From assembly GCA_965603295.1 (NCBI GenBank), contig CBFDCL010000002.1:1-52325 (forward strand): 52,325 nt of DNA. The letters are read 5' to 3'. A program made the translations under genes and the position numbers. This DNA comes from an uncultured bacterium (lineage in GTDB: Bacteria; BMS3Abin14). Positions 39,376 to 46,544 of this stretch are shown here, piece by piece (the first letter of the stretch is position 1; each line of letters starts with the position of its first letter). The notes under the pieces are model-generated. The model had not been told where the DNA came from and ran no database searches. It saw only the letters and a program-made list of their open reading frames with translations.

Positions 39376-39864
39376 TTGAAAAAAGTTGCCATTTATCCGG
39401 GGACTTTCGATCCGATCACCAACGGACATGTGGATCTGATACGCCGATCTGCTTCCATTTTCCCCAATGTGATTGTCCTGGTTTCCGCCAATACGAGGAA
39501 ATCGCCTTTTTTTACGGTCGAAGAGCGGGTTCAGATGCTCAAAGAGGCTGTGGACGCATGTGATGAAGCGGTACGGGTCGAATGTTTTCACGGACTCCTC
39601 GTCGATGCAGTCAGGGAATACGGTGCTAAAATCATCATCCGGGGCCTCAGGGCCATTTCCGATTTCGAGTATGAGTCCCAGATGGCCCTGATGAACCGGA
39701 GACTGGCGCCGGGGGTGGAAACCTTTTTTATGATCAGCACCGAGGATCACGCCTACCTCAGCTCCAGTTTCGTCAAGGAGATCGCCAGCCTTGGGGGGGA
39801 TGTCAGCAGCATGGTCCCTCCGGGTGTCGAGAAAAGGCTCAGGAGCAGATTAAAGGGGGAATAG
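39376..39864 (+). CDS. coaD: Phosphopantetheine adenylyltransferase
   Basis: YPGTFDPITNGH, IRGLRAISDFEYE, LSSSFVKEIA; TTG start. Confidence 0.97.
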   Translation: MKKVAIYPGTFDPITNGHVDLIRRSASIFPNVIVLVSANTRKSPFFTVEERVQMLKEAVDACDEAVRVECFHGLLVDAVREYGAKIIIRGLRAISDFEYESQMALMNRRLAPGVETFFMISTEDHAYLSSSFVKEIASLGGDVSSMVPPGVEKRLRSRLKGE

Positions 39865-39891
39865 GCTTCGAAAACCGGGAAAGGGGATGGG

Positions 39892-40953
39892 ATGATGGAC
39901 GGTTCCTCAACGGCGCCTCCGGCGGAGCTTGCTGTTCGTTTGGGGGAGGATATCCTGAACGCCATGCGGGGGCGGGCGCGCGAAGCATGTCCAAGGATCG
40001 TGTTCCCAGAGGGGGATGATCCCAGGGTCGTTGAGGCAGCGTTTTTGGCCGCTTCCGGTGGACTGGCGCGGGCCATCGTTCTCGGGGATGTATCGGCCGT
40101 CGGGAATGTGGCTGCTCAAAAAGGCCTTGACCCGGATAGAATCACAGTTGTCGATCCGCTGAAGGAAGGGGTGCCGGAAGAACTTGCCCGGGCCTATCAC
40201 GGAATCCGGGAAAGGAAAGGGCTCTCACGGGAGCAGTCCGATGCCGAGCTCCAGAGGCCTGTTGCTCTCGGTGCAATGATGGTCCGGGAAGGGGCCGCCG
40301 ACGGGATGGTGGCCGGTGCTGTCACCACAACGGGTGAGGTTGTGCGCAACGCCCTGAGGATCATCGGGACATCCCCGGACGTCGAGGTGCTTTCCAGCTG
40401 TTTCATCATGGTCATGCCCGTGGCCGAATACGGTGAAAATGGTGTTTTTATTTTCGCCGACTGTGGAATCGTCCCGGATCCAACCCCGGCCCAGTTGGCA
40501 CAGATCGCCATCTCATCGGCAAGAAGCGGGATGTTTTTTCTCGGTCTGGAGCCGAGAGTTGCCATGCTCTCTTTCTCAACGCATGGGAGCGCCGACCATC
40601 CTCACGCCCGGAAGGTAGCCGAGGCAACACGCATCGTCCAGGAGAGGGAACCCGACCTCGTCATCGACGGAGAGATCCAGCTCGATGCCGCCATTGTCCC
40701 TGAAGTCTCGGCAATGAAGGTTTCCGGCAGCCCCCTCGAAGGGCGGGCCAACATTCTGATCTTCCCGGATCTCAACTCCGGGAACATCGCTTACAAGCTT
40801 GTGGAGCGGCTTGCCCATACGAAGGCTATCGGTCCTGTTCTCCAGGGGTTAAGGAAACCCGTCAACGACCTGTCCAGGGGATGCCGTGTGGACGATATCG
40901 TCAACGTTACGGCGATCACCGCGATACAGACGGGAAAAACGGTTGAGAATTGA
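39892..40953 (+). CDS. pta: Phosphate acetyltransferase
   Basis: IVFPEG, FADCG, VAMLSFST, DGEIQLDAA, FPDLNSGNIAYK, GPVLQG, NDLSRGC (catalytic Ser-Arg and downstream Asp present). Confidence 0.94.
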   Translation: MMDGSSTAPPAELAVRLGEDILNAMRGRAREACPRIVFPEGDDPRVVEAAFLAASGGLARAIVLGDVSAVGNVAAQKGLDPDRITVVDPLKEGVPEELARAYHGIRERKGLSREQSDAELQRPVALGAMMVREGAADGMVAGAVTTTGEVVRNALRIIGTSPDVEVLSSCFIMVMPVAEYGENGVFIFADCGIVPDPTPAQLAQIAISSARSGMFFLGLEPRVAMLSFSTHGSADHPHARKVAEATRIVQEREPDLVIDGEIQLDAAIVPEVSAMKVSGSPLEGRANILIFPDLNSGNIAYKLVERLAHTKAIGPVLQGLRKPVNDLSRGCRVDDIVNVTAITAIQTGKTVEN

Positions 40954-41187
40954 GGATTGAGAACAGAGAGTTTGAAAGTATGAGAGTATGAGAGTGGGAA
41001 AGTTGCGGGGAAAATATTTGTTTGAGGTTTGAAGTTTGAAGTTGCGGGACGGGAACTGTTATTCGGCAGGGGTGTCCGGTGACTGGCTTTTTCCAATCAC
41101 TGATCATGCACCTCTAATCACTGGTTTTTTGAAATTTGAAACTCTTGTCCGCCGAAACCTTGGCGAAGGCGGATGAAATCTGAAATT
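40944..41187. repeat. Intergenic repeat mosaic R5, second copy of the R1 core, with a palindrome inserted at 41147-41174
   Basis: 41021-41135 aligns without gaps to 25131-25245 with 18 mismatches in 115 nt (hand count). Confidence 0.9.
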
Positions 41188-41206
41188 ACATTTCAGGAGG
41201 CTCGCT

Positions 41207-42397
41207 ATGGATCTTGCGAACAGGGTCAAGGTGATCAAACCGTCCCCCACGTTGGCCATCGACGCAAAAGCCAAGCAGATGAAAGCTGAGGGTATGGACG
41301 TTATCGGGTTCGGCGCCGGGGAACCCGATTTCGACACACCCGAGCATATCAAACGTGCGGCAGTGGACGCCCTGGGGAAGGGGATGACCAAATACACACC
41401 CGTCCCCGGGACTTTGCCCGCGAAGGACGCGGTGGCAGCCAAACTGAAGAGGGATCAGGGGCTTGAGTACACCCGTGACCAGATTATTATCTCGTGCGGA
41501 GCCAAACATACCCTTTACAATATCTTTCAGGCCCTGGTTCAGGAAGGGGATGAAGTGGTCATCCCTGCCCCCTACTGGGTTTCCTATCCCCCTCAGGTGG
41601 TCCTGGCAGGAGCCGATCCGGTCATCGTAGACAGCACGGAGGAGAACGGATTTGTGCCCGCACTGGCTGATCTGGAGAGGGCGATCACTCCGCGTACCAA
41701 GGCCCTGGTCATTAACAGTCCCTGCAACCCCACCGGAGCGGGATACCCCCGGGAGCGCCTTGAGGAGATCGCGGCCCTCAGCGTGAAAAAGGGGATCTAC
41801 GTCGTCAGCGACGAGATCTACGAAAAGATGGTGTACGATGGTTTCGAGTTCTTCAGCATTGCCCAGGTCCCCGGGATGCAGGATCGGACTGTGGTGGTAA
41901 ACGGGCTGTCTAAAGCCTACTCCATGACCGGATGGAGGATCGGGTACGCCGCTGGTCCCGTGGAACTTGTCAAAGCCATGACCAAGATCCAGAGCCAGAG
42001 CACCAGTAACCCGGTTTCTTTCTGCATGCCGGGGGTTGAAGAGGCGTTGGGAGGCCCCCAGGATTTCGTTGAGATGATGGTCAAGGAGTTCGACAAGCGC
42101 CGGCGGTATATCGTGGGTCGCCTCAACGATATGGACGGCGTGACCTGTTTTAACCCGAAGGGAGCGTTTTACGCTTTCCCCAACTTCTCGGGGCTGTATG
42201 GACGCTCGTTCAAAGGGGAAAAGATCGAGAATTCCACCGATTTTGCCGACTACCTCCTCGGCGAAGCTAAGGTAGCTATCGTCCCGGGTATCGCCTTCGG
42301 GGCCGACAGCTTTGCAAGGCTTTCCTATGCCACTGACATGGAAAACATCGAAAAAGGGCTCGACAGGATAAAGGCTGCTATCGGGGCATTGGGATAG
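41207..42397 (+). CDS. aspC: Class I PLP aminotransferase (aspartate aminotransferase-like)
   Basis: GAGEPDF, YWVSY, NSPCNPTG, SDEIY, SKAYSMTGWRIG; SD AGGAGG. Confidence 0.9.
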   Translation: MDLANRVKVIKPSPTLAIDAKAKQMKAEGMDVIGFGAGEPDFDTPEHIKRAAVDALGKGMTKYTPVPGTLPAKDAVAAKLKRDQGLEYTRDQIIISCGAKHTLYNIFQALVQEGDEVVIPAPYWVSYPPQVVLAGADPVIVDSTEENGFVPALADLERAITPRTKALVINSPCNPTGAGYPRERLEEIAALSVKKGIYVVSDEIYEKMVYDGFEFFSIAQVPGMQDRTVVVNGLSKAYSMTGWRIGYAAGPVELVKAMTKIQSQSTSNPVSFCMPGVEEALGGPQDFVEMMVKEFDKRRRYIVGRLNDMDGVTCFNPKGAFYAFPNFSGLYGRSFKGEKIENSTDFADYLLGEAKVAIVPGIAFGADSFARLSYATDMENIEKGLDRIKAAIGALG

Positions 42398-42468
42398 GAA
42401 AGACGGCCCGATCCGGCCACGGCAGTTAGTTGGGCGTTAGCAACCAGACAGGAGAACACGAGGGTCCG

Positions 42469-43503
42469 ATGACCGAATGGAAAAAGGAAACAGACCGGCT
42501 AAATACCGCCCCTTTTCTTGCTGTGACGATGGGCGATCCTGCCGGGGTTGGCCCGGAGATCGTTGCCCAGGCTCTTGAGGAGGAGGAGTATCGCAGGGCA
42601 AGCGTTGTGATCGGGGATGTGGAAAGATTAAGAATGGGGGCCCTCCAGGCGGGAAGTCCTGTAAAGTACAGGGTCGTTTCGTCCGTATCGGAAGCCAGGG
42701 CAACCAGCGAGGAGGTTCCTGTGCTCCATGTCGGTTTGGAAGATCCGTCCCTGCCCTCCGGCCAAATCAGCCCTCACGGGGGGGAATGTGCCTATCAGTG
42801 CATCGTCAGAGGGATCGACCTGGCCCTTGCCGGCGCGGTTGACGCGGTGGTCACAGCACCCATCAACAAGGAATCCCTGAACCTCGCCGGCCACATGTAT
42901 CCGGGGCATACCGAACTTCTCGGTGAAAGGACGAAAGCCCCGGACACGGTCATGATGCTGGCCGCGGGAAGCATGAAGGCTCTGCATGTTACAACTCACA
43001 TCCGGTTTTCGGATGTGCCCCGTTTCCTCACCCCGGAGAGGATCGGCAGGGTCCTGGACCTGGGGAGCGATGCTCTGAGGAGGATGGGGATCCGGGTGCC
43101 GCGTTTCGCGGTGGCGGCCCTTAATCCCCACGCGGGGGAAAACGGGATGTTCGGGGACGAGGAGGAAAGGATCATTATCCCGGCCATTGAAAAAGCTAGG
43201 GAGAAAGGGATTGAGGTGGAGGGTCCGTTGCCGCCGGACGTTGTTTTTCTGCAGATGTATCGGGGCCAATCGGATGCAGTCGTGGCCATGTACCATGACC
43301 AGGGGCACATCCCCCTTAAACTTCTTGCCTTCGAATCGGGGGTCAACGTCACCCTCGGTCTGCCCATCATCAGGACCTCCGTTGATCACGGTACCGCCTT
43401 CGACATCGCCGGAAAAGGCCTTGCCGACCCCGGAAGCCTCATCGAGGCCATGAAGCTGGCCGTCATCCTCGCGGGTGGCCGGAAAAGATGCCCGCTGATA
43501 TGA
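42469..43503 (+). CDS. pdxA: PdxA-family dehydrogenase (4-hydroxythreonine-4-phosphate or D-threonate-4-phosphate)
   Basis: TMGDPAGVGPE, TAPINKE, GHTE, ALNPHAGE, MYHDQG, NVTLGLPIIRTSVDHGTAFDIAG. Confidence 0.9.
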   Translation: MTEWKKETDRLNTAPFLAVTMGDPAGVGPEIVAQALEEEEYRRASVVIGDVERLRMGALQAGSPVKYRVVSSVSEARATSEEVPVLHVGLEDPSLPSGQISPHGGECAYQCIVRGIDLALAGAVDAVVTAPINKESLNLAGHMYPGHTELLGERTKAPDTVMMLAAGSMKALHVTTHIRFSDVPRFLTPERIGRVLDLGSDALRRMGIRVPRFAVAALNPHAGENGMFGDEEERIIIPAIEKAREKGIEVEGPLPPDVVFLQMYRGQSDAVVAMYHDQGHIPLKLLAFESGVNVTLGLPIIRTSVDHGTAFDIAGKGLADPGSLIEAMKLAVILAGGRKRCPLI

Positions 43504-44675
43504 ACCGGAGATCCCCGTTCCTTCCTATGGTGTGGGGTTCCGTTTTCATCGCCTCCTTGGTGGTGGCGGCGACGGCGTTGGCTGAAGTCCCCGTGGTCGG
43601 GGTTTTCCTGCCCCTCACCGGCCAGAACGCTGTTGTCGGGCATATTCAGAAAAACGCCATGCTCCTGGCCCTCGACGATGTGAATCGGAGAGTCGGCCCG
43701 GGTGGGGACCGGGTGCTCGAACTGGATATCCGTGACGCGAAGGATCGCCCCAGAGATGCCAGGAGCATCGTCCGTTACTTCATCACCGACAAGAATTACC
43801 CCATGGTCATCGGAGGAGGTGTTTCCGGGACCGTGTGGGGTGCCGCGGAACTGTGCCAGAGGAACCACACCCCTTTGATTGTCATCACCGGGTCGGAGGA
43901 TCGCATCACCAGTGAGGGCTTCGGCTACGTTTTCCGGGTTGCTCCTCCCCGCTCCCTTTACAGTGCCGCATCGGTGGAATTCGCACGCGCGGGGATCCGG
44001 CCGGAAAAGGTTGCTCTGGTGACAGAGAGATCCGGTTTCGGGGATTCCATGGCCGCAGCCATCCGGGTTGCTGCGAAAGAAGAAGGGTGGGAAGTTGCAT
44101 ACGATGGCAGGTTCGGGTTCGGAACCACGGATCTGGCCGGGATCATCGAAGGGATCGAAACCGAAGGGACGGATGTCATCTTCCTGACGGCTTTCCCCCC
44201 GGATGCCGCGAAGATCATGATGGAAATAGGCGATGCCTTTCCCCGGACGGCTCTCATCAACCTCGTTCCGTCATCGGCCGCGGCGGGTGCCTTTCTTTCC
44301 TGCGGGGAAGCGTGTGAGGAGGTCTTTTGCAGCGCCCTCTGGTGGGGGGGACGGAATAAGGCCGCCTCTTCCTTCAGGGATCGTTATTTGGAAAGGTTTG
44401 GAATGGAACCGGACTATCATGGCGCCCAGGCCTACACGGCTGTTGTAGCGGCATCCTTGGCCCTGCGCAGTGTTGACCCCATGAACCGGGAGGAGGTTGC
44501 CAAATCTCTTAAGCGGACGCGGACCGGTTCCCCCATGGGTCCGGTCTCTTTTGACGACTGGGGCCCGTTTCGGAACCAGAATCGCCCTCCCACCTATCTG
44601 CTTCAATGGTTCGGCGATCGTTTCGAGGTGGTTTGGCCTGAAACTTCCCGAACGGCTGAGCCCATATTGCCCTGA
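43500..44675 (+). CDS. Periplasmic solute-binding protein, LivJ/Leu-Ile-Val family; no transporter genes adjacent
   Basis: Signal peptide, VGVFLPLTG, YVFRVAPP, FG-type ligand motifs, YHGAQAY, GPVSFD; ATGA overlap with pdxA. Confidence 0.85.
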   Translation: MNRRSPFLPMVWGSVFIASLVVAATALAEVPVVGVFLPLTGQNAVVGHIQKNAMLLALDDVNRRVGPGGDRVLELDIRDAKDRPRDARSIVRYFITDKNYPMVIGGGVSGTVWGAAELCQRNHTPLIVITGSEDRITSEGFGYVFRVAPPRSLYSAASVEFARAGIRPEKVALVTERSGFGDSMAAAIRVAAKEEGWEVAYDGRFGFGTTDLAGIIEGIETEGTDVIFLTAFPPDAAKIMMEIGDAFPRTALINLVPSSAAAGAFLSCGEACEEVFCSALWWGGRNKAASSFRDRYLERFGMEPDYHGAQAYTAVVAASLALRSVDPMNREEVAKSLKRTRTGSPMGPVSFDDWGPFRNQNRPPTYLLQWFGDRFEVVWPETSRTAEPILP

Positions 44676-44708
44676 AGTGATGAGTGTAGGCGGGTCCAGC
44701 GCGAAAAG

Positions 44709-44833
44709 CTGTTCAGAGTTTGTCCCACTTCCCTCAGGGCTCCTTGGGACAAGAGGTGCAAACCGCAGCTTCAAACTTCAAACCTCAAACTTCCAGCTAG
44801 CCCCCTGCACTCTGAACTCTGAACTCTGAACTC
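44709..44833. repeat. Intergenic repeat mosaic R6 with TTGTCCCA/TGGGACAA hairpin
   Basis: GTTCAGAG, hairpin at 44720-44752, TTCAAAC/CTCAAAC (reverse of the R1 block), (CTGAACT)x3. Confidence 0.85.
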
Positions 44834-44836
44834 CTT

Positions 44837-46129
44837 ATGTTCCTTCCCTACGGAGAAGATTTTCTTGAACTGCCGGACCTGTGGGACGGCCGGGCCCTGC
44901 GGGTGGAGCCGGGACCTTTCGATGCCGAAGGGGGTCGGGAGGCCGTGGAAAAGGCCCTGGAAGAACCTGTGGGATCACCGGCTCTGCACGACCTGGTTCG
45001 TCCCGGGGAAAAGATCGCCTGCGTCATACCGGACCTGACACGCCGGGCGGGAGTGGACACCTACCTGCCGCTTCTTCTTTCCCGACTGATATCCAGCGGG
45101 ATCAGGGCCGAGGATGTGACTGTGGTCGTGGCGCTGGGGATTCACAGACCCCTTGACGAAAAGGAAATCGAAAAGTTGGTGGGAGATAGGGTCCTGGACC
45201 GGTTCAAAGTTGTCAACCATGATCCGGATTCCATCGAGGAGAACCTTCCCCTGGGCGTTACGGACGGAGGGGTCCCCGTCCAGATCAACCGGAACGTGGC
45301 TGCGGCTGACAGGGTGATCCTGACGGGCGGCATCTCATACCATTACTTCACTGGGTACGGGGGAGGCAGGAAGGTTCTTCTGCCGGGCGTGGCGTCACGC
45401 CTCTCCTGCCAGAGTCACCATCGGATGGTCGTTTCATGGCGGAGGAAGGAACTCGGGGGCACCCTTGCCCCTGGAGTCCTGAAAGACAACCCCATACACC
45501 GGGAGATGCTTCAGGCGTGTTCTTTCGTTGGCCCCATTTTCCTCCTCAGCACGATCACCGATCCCCGGGGGAGGATCATCGACGCTTTTTCCGGAGATCT
45601 CCGACAATCCCACGCTGAGGCGTGCCGGGCCCACGACCGGTTCTACCGGAAGGAGATCCCGGCCCCATCGAGTCTGGTTATCGGAAGTGCCGGCGGATTT
45701 CCGAAGGATGTCAACATGGTCCAGGCCCACAAGTGTTTGTATGGTGCCCACATGTCGGTTATACCCGGAGGGGCAGTGGTTCTCTTTGCCAAGTGTAGTG
45801 AGGGTGCCGGGTACCATGATTTCTTCTCGTGGTTCTCCCTCTGCAGGACCGAGGAGGACTGGCTGAGGGAACTGGACCGGCAATACCATATCAACGGTCA
45901 GACCGCCTTTTCAACCTGGCTCAGGGCCAGGACCACCCCGACAATCCTCGTGAGCAGCCTGGATCGGGAGGACGTCAGGTCGACAGGGATGATCCCCGCC
46001 AGCGGCGTGGACGAAGCGATCTCCCTTGCTCGCGGTCTCCTCGGGGATCTGCCCGTTCCTATTATCCTGCCGGATGCTGGAGAAACGCTGACTGTAATAA
46101 GGAGTCCAAAGTCTAACGTCCAAAGGTAA
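44837..46129 (+). CDS. larA: LarA-family nickel-pincer (NPN) dependent 2-hydroxy-acid racemase/epimerase
   Basis: LPYG, PDLTR, ALGIHR, HYFTGYGGGRKVLLPG (cofactor-binding Lys motif), SHH, FPKDVNMVQAHK. Confidence 0.88.
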   Translation: MFLPYGEDFLELPDLWDGRALRVEPGPFDAEGGREAVEKALEEPVGSPALHDLVRPGEKIACVIPDLTRRAGVDTYLPLLLSRLISSGIRAEDVTVVVALGIHRPLDEKEIEKLVGDRVLDRFKVVNHDPDSIEENLPLGVTDGGVPVQINRNVAAADRVILTGGISYHYFTGYGGGRKVLLPGVASRLSCQSHHRMVVSWRRKELGGTLAPGVLKDNPIHREMLQACSFVGPIFLLSTITDPRGRIIDAFSGDLRQSHAEACRAHDRFYRKEIPAPSSLVIGSAGGFPKDVNMVQAHKCLYGAHMSVIPGGAVVLFAKCSEGAGYHDFFSWFSLCRTEEDWLRELDRQYHINGQTAFSTWLRARTTPTILVSSLDREDVRSTGMIPASGVDEAISLARGLLGDLPVPIILPDAGETLTVIRSPKSNVQR

Positions 46130-46378
46130 AGAACTGACGCGAAGAACGGGAGACGCGGGGAAAAACAAATCCAAGGTCCAAAATCCAGGATCCAAGAAAA
46201 CTATGGTGATTTGTGCCTAGTGACTGGTAATTGGTAAAACCGATAAAGAACTCCTAATCACTAATCACGAATCACTGATCACTGCATTCCCGCAACTTCA
46301 AACCTCAAACTTCGTACTCTCAAACATACAAACCCGGGTTTCTCCCTCTGGACCCTGGATTCTTTTTCTCTGGACTCG
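46104..46378. repeat. Intergenic repeat mosaic R7 with nested inverted blocks
   Basis: GTCCAAA, TCCAAGG/TCCAGGA, GTGACTG/GTAATTG, inverted AATCACT/GATCACT, CGCAACTTCAAACCTCAAAC, CTGGACC/CTGGATT. Confidence 0.88.
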
Positions 46379-46382
46379 CCTC

Positions 46383-46404
46383 GATATTTCCTCAAGGAAA
46401 TATC
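46383..46404. promoter_or_regulatory. Perfect palindrome GATATTTCCT-CA-AGGAAATATC, candidate transcription-factor site
   Basis: 10-bp perfect arms ending 8 bp upstream of a -35 box; no U-tract follows. Confidence 0.65.
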
Positions 46405-46412
46405 AAGGTCGG

Positions 46413-46441
46413 TTGCCAAAGCCTCCTGTTGGTGCTAATTT
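46413..46441 (+). promoter_or_regulatory. Sigma70 promoter TTGCCA-N17-TAATTT with extended -10 (TGc)
   Basis: Spacing and key bases read directly; about 100 nt upstream of the malic-enzyme start. Confidence 0.65.
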
Positions 46442-46477
46442 TCTTTGTCGGGCTTTTAACCAAGGGGGGTGAAAGCC

Positions 46478-46492
46478 GTGATGTTGGTCTGA
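46478..46492 (+). other. Candidate leader mini-ORF GTG-ATG-TTG-GTC-TGA with strong SD (AAGGGGGGTGA, 46462-46472)
   Basis: Near-consensus extended SD 5-8 nt before GTG/ATG; the stop lies 11 nt before a terminator hairpin. Confidence 0.4.
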
Positions 46493-46503
46493 CAGTTTCG
46501 AAA

Positions 46504-46536
46504 GGGGGCCGGAGAGTTTCGGCTCCCCTGTTTTTT
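46504..46536 (+). terminator. Intrinsic-terminator-like hairpin in the 5' leader of the malic-enzyme gene
   Basis: GGGGGCCGGA-GAGT-TTCGGCTCCCC followed by TGTTTTTT; the SD GGGAGGGA follows immediately. Confidence 0.65.
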
Positions 46537-46544
46537 GGGAGGGA

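Noticed and set aside
46431-46441. GGTGCTAATT resembling part of a SAM-I riboswitch
   Set aside because: The other SAM-I elements are missing and the string is better explained as an extended -10 box.
46490-46530. TGA followed by a hairpin as a possible selenocysteine/SECIS signal
   Set aside because: Readthrough leads into a shadow frame, not the malic-enzyme frame, and the hairpin has a terminator U-tract.
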